A stretch of 64,000 nt of DNA. Source: Bugula neritina. Taxonomy: Eukaryota > Animalia > Bryozoa. Each line of letters starts with the position of its first letter. Within the stretch, counting starts at the first letter, position 1. Of the stretch, positions 35,411 to 49,531 are shown piece after piece. Position numbers and translations under genes: made by a program. The stretch spans positions 9,700,433 to 9,764,432 of the forward strand of contig OZ037769.1 in NCBI GenBank assembly GCA_964035545.1, read 5' to 3'. Below the pieces are notes generated by a model. That model was given only the letters and a program-made list of their open reading frames with translations. It was not told the origin of the DNA and made no database searches.

Positions 35411-38400
35411 TTTAAATATAATGCAACATACTGCAACATATTGAAATAAACTGCAACACAAAGAATTATAATGCGACACACTGAAAGTTACTGCAACATA
35501 CTGCAACATACTGAAACACCTTGCAACATACTGAAATACACTGCAACACATTGGAATATACTGCAACATACCTAAATATACAGTAAATTACTGAAATATA
35601 CTTGAGCACATTGAAAAGTACTCCAACATACTGAAATATGTTGTAGCATGCTGAAAGACACTACAACTCACTGATGTATAGTGTACTATTCGGAAATGTA
35701 CTGTAACATACTGATATTTACTGCAACATACCGCAACACACTGCAACATACTGAAATGTACTGCAACATGCTGAAATACACTGCAACACATTGAAATATA
35801 CTGCAACATACCGAGATATATGGTAACCTACTGAAATATGTTGCAAACCACTGAAGTATACTGTAATATACGGAAATGTACTGTGAAATACTGAAACATA
35901 CAACAACATACTGAAATATACTGCAACATATCGAATTACACTGCAACATACTGAATTATAATTCAACATAGTGATAGATTTCTAAAAATATTGAAACATA
36001 CTGAAATACACGGTAAGATATTGAACTACACTGCAACACATTGGAATATACTGCAAAATACCAAAATATATGGTAACCTACTGAAATGAGTTGCAAACTA
36101 CTGAAATATACTGCAACATACTGCAACATAATGAAATATACTGTACTACACTGAAAAATAATGCAAAATACTGAAATATACTGTAACATACTGAAACATA
36201 CTGCAACATACTGAACTATTCTGCAACATACTGAAATATACTGCAAGTTACGGCAGCATACTGAATTACACTGTAACGTACTGAAATACACTGTAACATA
36301 TTGAAATACACTGCAACACATTGAAATATACTGCAACACACTGAAACATACGGCAACATACTGAAATATACTGCGAGACATTGAAATATATTGCAACATA
36401 GTGAAGTATGCTGTAGCATACTGAAATACACTGCAACTCACTGAAATATAGTGCAATATACGGAAATGTACTGTAACATGCTGAATAATACTGTAACACA
36501 CTGAAGTATACTGTAATATACAGTAATGTACTGTAAAATATTGAAACATACTGAAACATACTGCAACACACTGAAACATACTGAAACATACTGAAACATA
36601 CTGAAACATACCGCAACAAACCGAAATATTCGGTAACATACTGAAATAGGTTGCAAACTACTAAAATATAATGCAACATACTGCAACATACTGAAATACA
36701 CTGCAACATACCGCAACACACTGCAACATACTGAAATACTTTGTAACATATTGAAATACACTGCAACGCATTGAAATATACAGCAACATACTGGAATATA
36801 TGGTTTCGTACTGTGAAAACTGTAACACATTGAAACATACCGCATTATAGTGAAATACTGTGCAACACACTGTAGTATACTGTAATATACGGATCGAAAT
36901 GTACTGTGAAATACTGAAACATACAACAACATACTGAAATATACTGCAACATATTGAATTACACTGCAACATACTGAATTATAATTCAACATAGTGATAG
37001 ATTTCTAAAAATATTGAAATATACTGAAATACACTGTAAGATATTGAAATACACTGCAGCACATTGGAATATGCTGCAAAATATCGAAATATATGGTAAC
37101 CTACTGAAATATGTTACAAACTACTGAGATATACTGCAACATACTTCAACATAATAAAATATACTGTAACACAGTGAAATATACTGCAAAATTTTGAAAT
37201 ATACTGTAACATACTGAAACATACGCAACATACTGAAATATACTGCAGCATACTGAAATGTAATGCAAGATACTGCAACATACCGAAATACACTGCAACA
37301 TTTTGAAATACACTGTAATATTTTGAAATACACTGCAACACATTGAAAAATACTGCAACATACTGAAGTATACTGCGAGACATTGAAATATACTGCCACA
37401 TAATGAAATATGCTGTAGCATACTGAAATACACTTCAACACATTGAAGTATACTGTACTATACAGAAATGTACTGTAACATACTGAAACATTTGTCAACA
37501 TACTGAAATGTACTGCAACATGCTGAAATACACTGCAACACATTGAAATATACTGCAACATACCGAAATATATGGTAACCTACTGAAATATGTTGCAAAC
37601 CACTGAAACATACTGCGATATACTGCAACAAAATAAAATATACTGTAACACACTAAACGATACTGCAAAATGCTGAAATATACTGTAACATACTAAAACA
37701 TACTGCAACATTCTGAAATATACTGCAACATATCGAAGTATATAGTAATATACGAATATGTACTGTAACATACCGAAACATACTGAAACATCCTGAAACA
37801 TACTGAAATATACTAGAACATACCGAAACATACTGCAACATAAAGAATTATACTGTAACACACTGAATTATACGGCAAAATACTGGATTATGTTGTAACA
37901 TACTGAAGCATACTGTAACATATTGAAATATACTGCAACATACTGAAAAATACTGCAACATACTGCAACATACTGAAATACACTGTAACATATTGAAATA
38001 CACTGCAACACATTGGAACAAGCTGCAACATACCTAAATATATGGTAATATACTGAAAGATACTGTAGCACATTAAAACATACCGCATTATCGTGAAATA
38101 CTCTGCAACACACTGAAGTATACTGTAATATACAGAAATATACTGCAACATACTGATAAATACTGCAACATACTGCAATATACCGAAATACACTGTAACA
38201 TATTGAAATACTCTGCAACACACTGAAGTATACTGTAATATACAGAAATGTACTGTAAAATACTGAAACATACTGAAACACACTACAACATACTGAAACA
38301 TACTGAAACATACCGCAACAAACCGAAATATTCGTTAACATACTGAAATAGGTTGCAAACTACTTTAAATATAATGCAACATACTGCAACATATTGAAAT

Positions 38401-39291
38401 AAACTGCAACACAAAGAATTATAATGCGACACACTGAAAGTTACTGCAACATACTGCAACATACTGAAACACCTTGCAACATACTGAAATACACTGCAAC
38501 ACATTGGAATATACTGCAACATACCTAAATATACAGTAAATTACTGAAATATACTTGAGCACATTGAAAAGTACTCCAACATACTGAAATATGCTGTAGC
38601 ATGCTGAAAGACACTACAACTCACTGATGTATAGTGTACTATTCGGAAATGTACTGTAACATACTGATATTTACTGCAACATACCGCAACACACTGCAAC
38701 ATACTGAAGTACACTGTAACATCTTGAAATACACTGCAACACATTGAAATGTACAGCAACATACCGGAATATATGGTTTCGTACTGAAAATAACTGTAAC
38801 ACATTGAAACATACCGCATTATAGTGAAATAGTCTGCAACACACTGAAGTATACTGTAATATACAGAAATGTACAGTGAAAGACTGAAACATACAACAAC
38901 ATACTGAAGTATACTGCAACATATTGAATTACACTGCAACATACTGAATTATAATTCAACATAACTGATAGATTTCTAAAAATATTGAAACATACCGAAA
39001 TACACTGTAAGATATTGAAATACACTGCAACACATTGAAATATACTGCAACACACTGAATCATACGGCAACATACTGAAATATACTGCGAGAGATTGAAA
39101 TATACTGCAACATAGTGAAATATGCTGTAGCATACTGAAATACACTGCAACACACTAAAGTATACTGTACTATACAGAAATGTACTGTAACATACTGAAA
39201 CATTTGTCAACATACTGAAATGTACTGCAACATGCTGAAATACACTGCACCACATTGAAATATACTGCAACATACCGAAATATATGGTAAC

Positions 39292-41068
39292 CAGGGATGT
39301 AGTGGTACCCATACGGTCCCATACGCCGTATGGCCTAGAAGAAAATGGACTGTTCTTGGCCATACGCCCGTATGGGCATATTTTTGAAAGATGATTAGTG
39401 CACAGGATAGTTGGGGCATCCTCACTGAGAAAATCATAAATTTAGCTCACAATCTAATTTAAGTTCTTGTTATGTTAATGCTATGTGGGTGGCATGCGTG
39501 TTGCCTACTTGTGATTGTTTAGCCTGAGATTACACTATGAATACTATGCAGCTATCAACATTCCATCTTCTTATATCTACGTGTTCACTGAAGCGCGAAG
39601 TGCTGTGCATTGGTGATTACTAAGGAGAAAATCTTTCATTTTCAGTGTATAAATCACTAACTTGTAGAAAATCTATGAAGGCTATTGAAAAGATCGAAAA
39701 ATTTCTCAGGTTTTCGACAGTGTTTGTTTTATTCGAATACCGTGCTTTCCTGCTGAGATATTTAGCAGGGATTGAAAAATAAATTTTTCAGATAAAATTG
39801 GCCAAAAATGGGTAGATTTTTGTCTATAACTTTGCAAAAAAATATTGAAAACTCAAAAAAGCAGGTGCTCTGAGGAACAGGAAGATCTAAAACATGGTTT
39901 TTAAATTTCAATTCTAGCACAATTAAGTGAGGTTTTATTTGGCGGGGCTGAATTCTTATAATATACCAATAATGTGGCCTCAGCAAGGCAGTGACAGCTA
40001 GAAGGTTGCCCTTATCTATTTTTTGTGGACTTGCATTTTGTCAATAAGCAATGGAATTTTGAAAAAACCAACATGAAACCCAGAAATAAAATCAAAATGT
40101 CTTCAAAAAACAGTACCAGGTGTGTAGGAGAGGGTAATGAAAATTTATCATTGAGGTCTACAGGTACTATATCCACATTTGGGTCAAAAATCTAGCGTTA
40201 TTGCATGTTAATTATCAACGCAAGAAGGTTTTGCAAACTGCATACACCACCATAAGTAACCTTTTATGTTTTATTGTACTAACGTCTGGCTTCAAATTTA
40301 ATCATCTTCTAGGTTAATACATATTCAACCTGTCAAATTTGTTCTTTTGGGGTATATTTCCTTGATGTATCTAGTGGAAGCTCAGGGGTTTTATTTTAAA
40401 ACCAAGTTAACATACTCTTCTTGGGTGTGCTTTATTGTGTGGAAGGAGGTGTGGCGGTATCACCTTACGGATTAGACTAGTACTCTGATAAACTCGAAAT
40501 AGGTTTTCAACCAATTTCTGCTTGTCAATAAGTTATCAATTCAAATTGCTCTTTATAAATAACCAACACACATTTTCTGATTTGCAATCTTCCTCTGTTC
40601 TGATCTATTAAATTCTTTTTCTGTGCACGGCAGTGTATTAGTTATTTAAAGTAACCAGGTTGCATTTGGAGAGAACTTGTTACCTGCCTCTATCCTTCCA
40701 CCTTTTTAAGATATTCAGCAATTTTTCTGTACAGGTTGCACTTAGTGTCAGAACAAACCTAACTGCAGTTGAGTAAGACTACATTACATATTGCATTACA
40801 CTCAACAGGTATGGGACAATACCGAATATTTATATAGTTTGCCGCAATGCCCAGTCGTCATGTAGCTGGTATGGCATGAAAATAATAGCGAGGTGCACAT
40901 TTCAACACAGATTTTTTCAGAAGAATTATAATTCACAATGGCTTTAAATTGCATAAATTTGCATCAGAAGCGCTCTGAGGGCTTCGGCGACCCGCCAGGG
41001 GCCTGGGCGGACCCCTGGACCCCCGGCCTGAGAGTATGGCCTAGAATATTTTTACCACTACATCCCTG
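39292..41068. mobile_element. Non-autonomous hAT-like DNA transposon, 1777 bp
   Basis: Perfect 16-bp TIR: CAGGGATGTAGTGGTA (39292-39307) and TACCACTACATCCCTG (41053-41068). 8-bp TSD ATGGTAAC (39284-39291, 41069-41076). Empty-site copies lie at 43059 and 54465. No transposase ORF. CAGGG termini with an 8-bp TSD are typical of hAT. Confidence 0.93.
39401..40027 (+). mobile_element. Decayed ~630-bp CACAG-ended MITE-like element nested in the hAT element; same family as 43968-53381
   Basis: 39401-39568 aligns with 43968-44111 (CACAGGATAGTTGGGGCATCCTCACTGAGAAAATCAT vs CACAGCATAGTTAAGGTCAACCCACTGCAAAAATCAT; shared AATGCTnTGTGGGnGGCATGCGTnTTGCCTACTTGT). 39576-40027 aligns with 52927-53381 (shared CAGTGTATAAATnAC, AGGGATTGAA, TAGAAGGnTGnCCTTA). 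No intact TSD. Confidence 0.8.
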
Positions 41069-43967
41069 ATGGTAACCTACTGAAATATGTTGCAAACCAC
41101 TGAAACATACTGCGATATACTGCAACAAAATAAAATATACTGTAACACACTAAACGATACTGCAAAATGCTGAAATATACTGTAACATACTAAAACATAC
41201 TGCAACATTCTGAAATATACTGCAACATATCGAAGTATATAGTAATATACGAACATGTACTATAACATACCGAAACATACTGAAACATCCTGAAACATAC
41301 TGAAATATACTAGAACATACCGAAACATACTGCAACATAAAGAATTATAATGTAACACACTGAATTATACGGCAAAATACTGGATTATGTTGTAACATAC
41401 TGAAGCATACTGTAACATATTGAAATATACTGCAACATACTGAAAAATACTGCAACATACTGCAACATACTGAAATACACGGTAAGATATTGAACTACAC
41501 TGCAACACATTGGAATATACTGCAAAATACCAGAATATATGGTAACCTACTGAAATGAGTTGCAAACTACTGAAATATACTGCAACATACTGCAACATAA
41601 TGAAATATACTGTACTACACTGAAAAATAATGCAAAATACTGAAATATACTGTAACATACTGAAACATACTGCAACATACTGAACTATACTGCAACATAC
41701 TGAAATATACTGCAAGTTACGGCAGCATACTGAATTACACTGTAACGTACTGAAATACACTGTAACATATTGAAATAAACTGCAACACATTGAAATATAC
41801 TGCAACACACTGAAACATACGGCAACCTACTGAAATATACTGCGAGACATTGAAATATATTGCAACATAGTGAAGTATGCTGTAGCATACTGAAATACAC
41901 TGCAACTCACTGAAATATAGTGCAATATACGGAAATGTACTGTAACATGCTGAAATATACTGTAACACACTGAAGTATACTGTAATATACAGTAATGTAC
42001 TGTAGAATATTGAAACATACTGAAACATACTGCAACATACTGAAACATACTGAGACATACTGAAACATACCGCAACAAACCGAAATATTCGGTAACATAC
42101 TGAAATATACTAGAACATACCGAAACATATTGGAACATGAAAAAATATACTGTAACACACTGAAATATACGGCAAAACACTGGATTATGTTGTATCATAC
42201 TGAAGCATACTGTAACATATTGAAATATATTGCAACATACTGAAAAACACTGCAACATAGCGAAATACACTGCAACATTTTGAAATACACTGTAATATTT
42301 TGAAATACACTGCAACACATTGATAAATACTGCAACATACTGAAGTATACTGCGAGACATTGAAATATACTGCCACATAATCAAATATGCTGTAGCATAC
42401 TGAAATACACTGCAACTCACTGAAATATAGTGCAATATACGGAAATGTACTGTAACATGCTGAAACATACTGTAACACACTGAAGTATACTGTAATATAC
42501 AGTAATGTACTGTAGAATATTGAAACATACTGAAACATACTGCAACATACTGAAACATACTGAGACATACTGAAACATACCGCAACAAACCGAAATATTC
42601 GGTAACATACTGAAATATACTAGAACATACCGAAACATATTGCAACATGAAAAAATATACTGTAACACACTGAAATATACGGCAAAACACTGGATTATGT
42701 TGTAACATACTGAAGCATACTGTAACATATTGAAATATACTGCAACATACTGAAAAACACTGCAACATACCGAAATACACTGCAACATTTTGAAATACAC
42801 TGTAATATTTTGAAATACACTGCAACACATTGAAAAATACTGCAACATACTGAAGTATACTGCGAGACATTGAAATATACTGCCACATAATGAAATATGC
42901 TGTAGCATACTGAAATACACTGCAACACATTGAAGTATACTGTACTATACAGAAATGTACTGTAACATACTGAAACATTTGTCAACATACTGAAATGTAC
43001 TGCAACATGCTGAAATACACTGCACCACATTGAAATATACTGCAACATACCGAAATATATGGTAACCTACTGAAATATGTTGCAAACCACTGAAACATAC
43101 TGCGATATACTGCAACAAAATAAAATATACTGTAACACACTAAACGATACTGCAAAATGCTGAAATATACTGTAACATACTAAAACATACTGCAACATTC
43201 TGAAATATACTGCAACATATCGAAGTATATAGTAATATACGAACATGTACTATAACATACCGAAACATACTGAAACATCCTGAAACATACTGAAATATAC
43301 TAGAACATACCGAAACATACTGCAACATAAAGAATTATAATGTAACACACTGAATTATACGGCAAAATACTGGATTATGTTGTAACATACTGAAGCATAC
43401 TGTAACATATTGAAATATACTGCAACATACTGAAAAATACTGCAACATACTGCAACATACTGAAATACACGGTAAGATATTGAACTACACTGCAACACAT
43501 TGGAATATACTGCAAAATACCAGAATATATGGTAACCTACTGAAATGAGTTGCAAACTACTGAAATATACTGCAACATACTGCAACATAATGAAATATAC
43601 TGTACTACACTGAAAAATAATGCAAAATACTGAAATATACTGTAACATACTGAAACATACTGCAACATACTGAACTATACTGCAACATACTGAAATATAC
43701 TGCAAGTTACGGCAGCATACTGAATTACACTGTAACGTACTGAAATACACTGTAACATATTGTAATAAACTGCAACACATTGAAATATACTGCAACACAC
43801 TGAAACATACGGCAACCTACTGAAATATACTGCGAGACATTGAAATATATTGCAACATAGTGAAGTATGCTGTAGCATACTGAAATACACTGCAACTCAC
43901 TGAAATATAGTGCAATATACGGAAATGTACTGTAACATGCTGAAATATACTGTAACACACTGAAGTA
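41069..43967. repeat. Sat-I 10-bp satellite between the two insertions; 1990-bp higher-order unit with an internal 510-bp duplication
   Basis: Same monomers as the main block. Offsets of 1990 (41150/43140, 41685/43675) and 510 (41907/42417, 42185/42695). Confidence 0.97.
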
Positions 43968-46900
43968 CACAGCATAGTTAAGGTCAACCCACTGCAAAAA
44001 TCATCTCGTAATCTAGTCTCAGTTCCTATATGCTAATGCTCTGTGGGCGGCATGCGTATTGCCTACTTGTTATAATTTAGCATGAGGTTGAACAATTGCC
44101 AACAAACCATCACATTAGCTAGGGCTGTGCCTATATTTCCATTGCAACTATTATCACTATCTATTGAGCAAGCACGTGGTCGTGGCACGCCTCAGCATCA
44201 CATTATTATTACAACAGGCTAGTGCATGGTTCATTTCATGTACAATATACTTGATGCGCAAAGGAAGATGATTTTCATAACTTCTGTTCAGCGAACAATG
44301 TAAAACTATTTTAGATTCTGGAAGCAAGCTAAATGTTTATACTTTTACTCAATATTTAGGCCTATCTATTTGGCTAGTCTAATGAAATCATTATTGACTA
44401 CAACTTTTGAAATGATAACGCAGATTTTATTTAAATAAACTAGAATGCAGATGCAACAAATAGTTTAGAGAGATGCTCTTTTCTCAAAACATAATGTTTT
44501 CAGGCTAGACTATTTATATATATCTGCTCAATACTATTGACTGACCTTAAACCAATAATACCTTTATTATTAAAATCATTTTTAGTTGCACCAACTAAAA
44601 GCTAAAATTGACTTCTTAGTGAGGACTCTTACTATCAGTTACAGACAGCCCAATAGCTTAGCATAGTAAAGAGACTTGCGTAGGTAAGATAGTTATGTGT
44701 GTGCGAATTTATTGGTAGCTGTAAGGGGCAGATATGCAGTATTTTGTGTGACTGCTTTGAGTTTGGGTAAAGGATTTGATTGCTGCAAGTTTCTAATAAA
44801 GCTATAGTACTTGTGTTGTCCCTTTGGTACTAGTATAAGCATTAATCAACACTCATTGAAGTGAGTTGAAACTTATATATAAAAGGTTAGAACGTGAGCC
44901 TGTGCTATAAATATTCTATTTGCTTCCTGTTGTATATACAGTCTAAACTCTGAAAGGTCCAATCAAGCCTACATGGCTTCTAGCTGAATGTCCAAATTAA
45001 CTATGAGCTATATCTTGTTGCTCAACACTGGGCTACTGGGCTACTGTGTACTGCTGGCAACTGCTAACGCGGTGTTCACTCAAGCATGATATCATGGACT
45101 TGTATACCAACTCAGAGCCAAGATTATTAACTGTTTTATGTTTCTAAATTTAGCATCTAATAGAAAAAGCTGTGTCTAGTACGTTAAACTGACTGACACC
45201 ATGCTTGCCCGAGTTAAACAGTCAAGATGAAAAGTTTTAATCTTAGCTAGGCAAGAATTGACATTTTGAAAAGAAAGCCTCCTTAAGATAAAATAAAAGA
45301 TATCCATTGTGGATTCAGATTTTTTTCCAGTCTGATAGGTGTCATTTAATAAGCTCAAATATTAGCAATGCATTAGCCTATCTGCTATATTTTAATACTG
45401 CAGACATAATATTCCATAAACAAAATTGACTTAAGAATTTAGGCATGTGTAACAAATCAACCAGATTTATTTAAACACTAAATAGCCATTACTAAAGATC
45501 ACAACAAAAATCAGTGTGGATCTTAAAGCATAACATAATTATTTTATATCTGTATGATCAGGCATAGAAGTAACAAGTTCAATAAATAAATTGAACATGC
45601 AGAAGGTATAACAGTTGTGAACTATTGTGAAGGAGCAAGTCAGGTCTTTTTATAGAAATATATCCTATAAGTATATTACAAACATGGGGGAAATAATAGG
45701 TTAGTTTCCTAATTATTTTTCTCAAACGTTAAATAATAAATAATGGCAAGACTGACTTTGTAAAGAAGCAGAATCTATAGAAAATTAAGCTGCAAAAGCC
45801 TAACCAAAAGACACATTGCTAGGGTGATTAGTCCTAACGGTTATTTTAAGTTTAATTTTAGTTTTTATATCCTTTGATAAAAGTCCTATTTCCACAGGTA
45901 GAGTCTTGAGATATAGGTGTCAATTGTAGAGTATTATCCTTTTTGAATATAAAAAAAAGAGTAGAGTGGAGTAGAGAATCTAAAGATCCTATAAGAGCTG
46001 CAGCTGACATTATAGAAAGGATGTCCTGAGTAGAGATATACTAGCATTTCTTTGACAAAACCTGATCATTTATAGTAGTCCACTTCATCTAAAATACAAA
46101 TACCAGTTTTCTCAATACATGCAAAAGTAATTTCCAACATTTTCAATTTGAATTAACATGCTCATACACCACAGTTAGTACTATAATAGTCTATATTTTG
46201 TAACATCTACTTATACCGTAATTACATAAAAGCTGCTGGTAACTGTTTAAAAGACACAGCTCATAATTAAAATTATTAGGTTGAATGCTCCCTTAAGATT
46301 GCATTTTTCAAATAATTCCCCATTATATATGGCCTACATGATGACTATACAATTCTTTTGAAACATATGCATTCCTTACATTTTAAGTTGGTCACTCAAT
46401 GTAAATGTAATTTGGTATGCTGCAAGTATAAGTACAATTAGAATTCCTCAACAGAAACTCTTCAGTGCAAAAATATATTTTCTATGTGACTATACTCAAC
46501 CACAGAACTCTAAATAATTTGAAAAAAGTTATGGCCAGTAATAAATTTGGATAATTTTCTTAAAGTTAATTACATAATTATAATAATAAAACCAACTGAC
46601 AATTTTGATCTAGTTTTACATCACTATGACTATTAGTATTACTATGCATTTATTGAACATAAAACTCAAACTTGAAGTTTAGTGATACTGCACAATGCTA
46701 ATAATAATACAGTTATAATAGTAATAGTAATACACAGTATAGGCCTACTGTAATATACTAATAGTACAACTAAACAAATACTATAAAATTAAGTATAATT
46801 GTTAAATTATTGCTTGCAAGCAATATAAAATAAAAATATGTGAATTTGCTGAAGGAGGCAGTAGTACTCACTTACCCTTGAAGTTAAACTCCTAAAGTTA

Positions 46901-48331
46901 ATCAAAGTACACACCTTCATCCTAGGTTCGAGAGGTAAGAGATGTTCTTCACTCAATTTTATCATAATAATCCCATCGCCAGTTGGCACGTTCACTTTGC
47001 AGATTGTAATTTAATATCGAATATTTTATTTACTGAGCTAGCTTTTACTAGTAACATATCAATCTGGGCGAGATCACCAACGCTTATAGCTACGTATTAT
47101 ATTACACAGAGCGGTTTATTTGAAGGCAGCGCACTGCAGCTGTAGAATGACTAGGGTAGCCTATCCAGGAGTGGATGTAAATTATAAACGTTCTACGTGC
47201 TTTTTGAAAGCATTATAGTGATAGCATGCAATTTAGTCATTGATATAAAATTAAAGATATTGTTTTAAAAATAATGACTTACTTAAAAAACAGTTATTTA
47301 TTTATTTTATTATTGTTTTTTAAAAAAAAATAATTGGTAAAGTTTTGAACACCCCTAATAATACCACAACTATATTCCACTCCTTTAGTTGTAACCTAAT
47401 TAGATTAGAAGTCACATCTTCAATACAAACAAGCTAGGCTTAGTATTTCTGATGTCTGTATACTGCTGCATTAGCTTTAAAGTTTAAACTGTAGTGAAGC
47501 TCTAGTAGACTGAAAGTGCAAAACCTAGTAAGCTACCAACACTATAAATTGTTATAAGCGAGTAAAGGAAATGAACAGTATATGTGTACAGAAACTTGTA
47601 CTCAAATACACGAACACCATAGTTATGGTTATTTGAGATGCAGTTGTATTAAAAAAAAATTGTGAATTGAATACTCATTATAGACATTACATCATGCTGA
47701 ATCGGGTTACATATTTGACTATATTTAAAGCTGTTTTTATAAAATAACTTAACTAAGTTACTTATCAGTGACAAGTAATATAGCATTTAAATTCAAACCA
47801 TGAGCTCATTTCAGCTAAAAATAGCAGCACCTTGTCACTGCACATAAATGGCTGGCCACTGTTTGAGCCATTAGCAAAATGGCTTACAGCTATTGCAAGC
47901 CTGCTACATGAAAGAATTATGTATCAATCAGAAACTTCTCATTCAATAGACCATGTAAGATTGGTACATTTACTACCTTGTACCATTTCTAGAATACTCA
48001 CCACTATAACTTATATAAACTTCTGCAAGTTCAAATGCAAAATGCATACTTCTAGGAAATAGCTGTGCAACTTTTATTACATGCATTATTTTATTTCATA
48101 TCTTGAATTTATGAATCATGAGTTCATTTTTCAAAATGTTTAATTTAAGTGCTTAAAAAATGCAAATAAAAAGTACAAGTTTAAAAAAATACCCTGGTGC
48201 AAATTGACCACAGCCCCAGCTGTTTTGGCAAAACACATTTAATGACATTTTCATTGACATAGTGGTAAATGGGCTGGTTGTTTTTGGCAGATGAGTAGCA
48301 CGCTGGCTGGCTGCAACTTTATACAATTCTG

Positions 48332-48419
48332 ATTGGCTGGACTCTACATGACCAGCTAATGATTGTATCTGATTGGCCTAATAATTCATTTGCATTTGAA
48401 AATGTAGAGTCTTATATAA
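48332..48419 (+). promoter_or_regulatory. Promoter-like motif cluster in the fold-back arm, mirrored at ~51600-51687 on the minus strand
   Basis: ATTGG (inverted CCAAT) at 48332 and 48372, octamer ATTTGCAT at 48388-48395, TATATAA at 48413-48419. Motif match only. Confidence 0.3.
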
Positions 48420-49531
48420 GTTATAGTGGTGATATTTTAGAGTTGGTACACACCCATTTTTGGTTGAGTTTTATAGTCTGATCATGCTGTAGTCATCTAC
48501 AATACTTCAGTGTATGGGGAAATTATTAGTATTACGAAATCTGTTTTGGCTTATATTGCTATGCCAGTTTTCTGACTTAGTTTTTCATCAACTATATGCA
48601 GGCTGTTATAACTTCGGTGATTTCATCAGAGGTAGACATTACTTGGCCTTAGAACATCAAATCAACCAGTGCTGTTACTTGGTTGTATTGTAAAGCAGTA
48701 GTGAGAGCATAGCACATTAGCACAGTCACCAAGCTGCAATGGCAGTGGCCACACTAAACTCACCAGTTTTATTAAAATATCTTATGTAAAGCACTTAAAT
48801 ACACTAGCCTAGTCTGTTAGTATGTAGAGCAGTAACACAGTTACAGCAGTCACACCACCCCTCTCTATCCTGTCTACCAAGTACAGAGGTTGCAAAAATG
48901 ATAATCATTTCATGATTTAGTTTTAAATCAATGCATATTACTGAATACATTCTCATGGTCTGATTACTTTGCGCTTCAGTTTACTTTAATATAATTATTT
49001 AAAAAATTGCTTCACACGCATATTACAAATGCATGAACCTACGCTAACCATAAGTTATTTGCTTGTGTACTCACTACTATTTTTTTTAAATTTATATAGC
49101 ATTAGCTTTTTTAATCAATCACATATTAATCTGCAAGAGTTTAATTGCACAGATAATGTAGACATTTTGTATAAAAATTAGTATTAACATGTAATGCCTT
49201 GCATGTGGGTCTATATTGCCAGTTGGTATCATCACCATATAATACCATGTTGATAACCCTTTCTTGTATATGATTTACTTAGCGAAACAGCATGATTATC
49301 CTACAAATGTAATGACATTAGCCATGGGACAATATAGTCTAGAATCTATAGACTCTAGATTCTTTTAACTGTGAAGTAATCAGCCTCAAACCATTGCTGG
49401 ATGAAGTGCCTACACTTAGCTGTGAAGCTACTGCAATAACATCAACAATTTTACTAATGAGTTTTCAATACATGTTTTAGTCAGTTGGGTAAAATACAAA
49501 GGTTCTCTGGTATGCTAGAATAAATGGTGAT

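Larger units (their letters stand above)
1..39291. repeat. Sat-I: 10-bp tandem satellite array, main block
   Basis: Continuous 10-bp period with variants ACTGCAACAT, ACTGAAATAT, ACTGTAACAT, ACTGAAACAT and ACTGAAATAC. GAAA-type and G(C/T)AA-type monomers often alternate, giving a weak 20-bp period. The array runs off the left edge of the window. Confidence 0.98.

Noticed and set aside
1-39291. CRISPR-like or information-storing array
   Set aside because: There is no constant repeat with unique spacers and no cas or other enzyme genes. The variation is explained by point mutation plus block duplication.
40923-40934. GAATTATAATTC in the hAT element, identical to the satellite palindrome core
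   Set aside because: It is a short AT-rich palindrome with no flanking similarity, so probably chance.
43968-43974. CACAG terminus as an RSS/Transib/ProtoRAG-type end
   Set aside because: There is no CACAGTG heptamer-nonamer, the TSD is 2 bp rather than 5 bp, and no RAG-like ORF is present.
44637-44850. LTR-like stretch with AATAAA ending in ...ATCAACA
   Set aside because: No TG start with a matching TSD was found.
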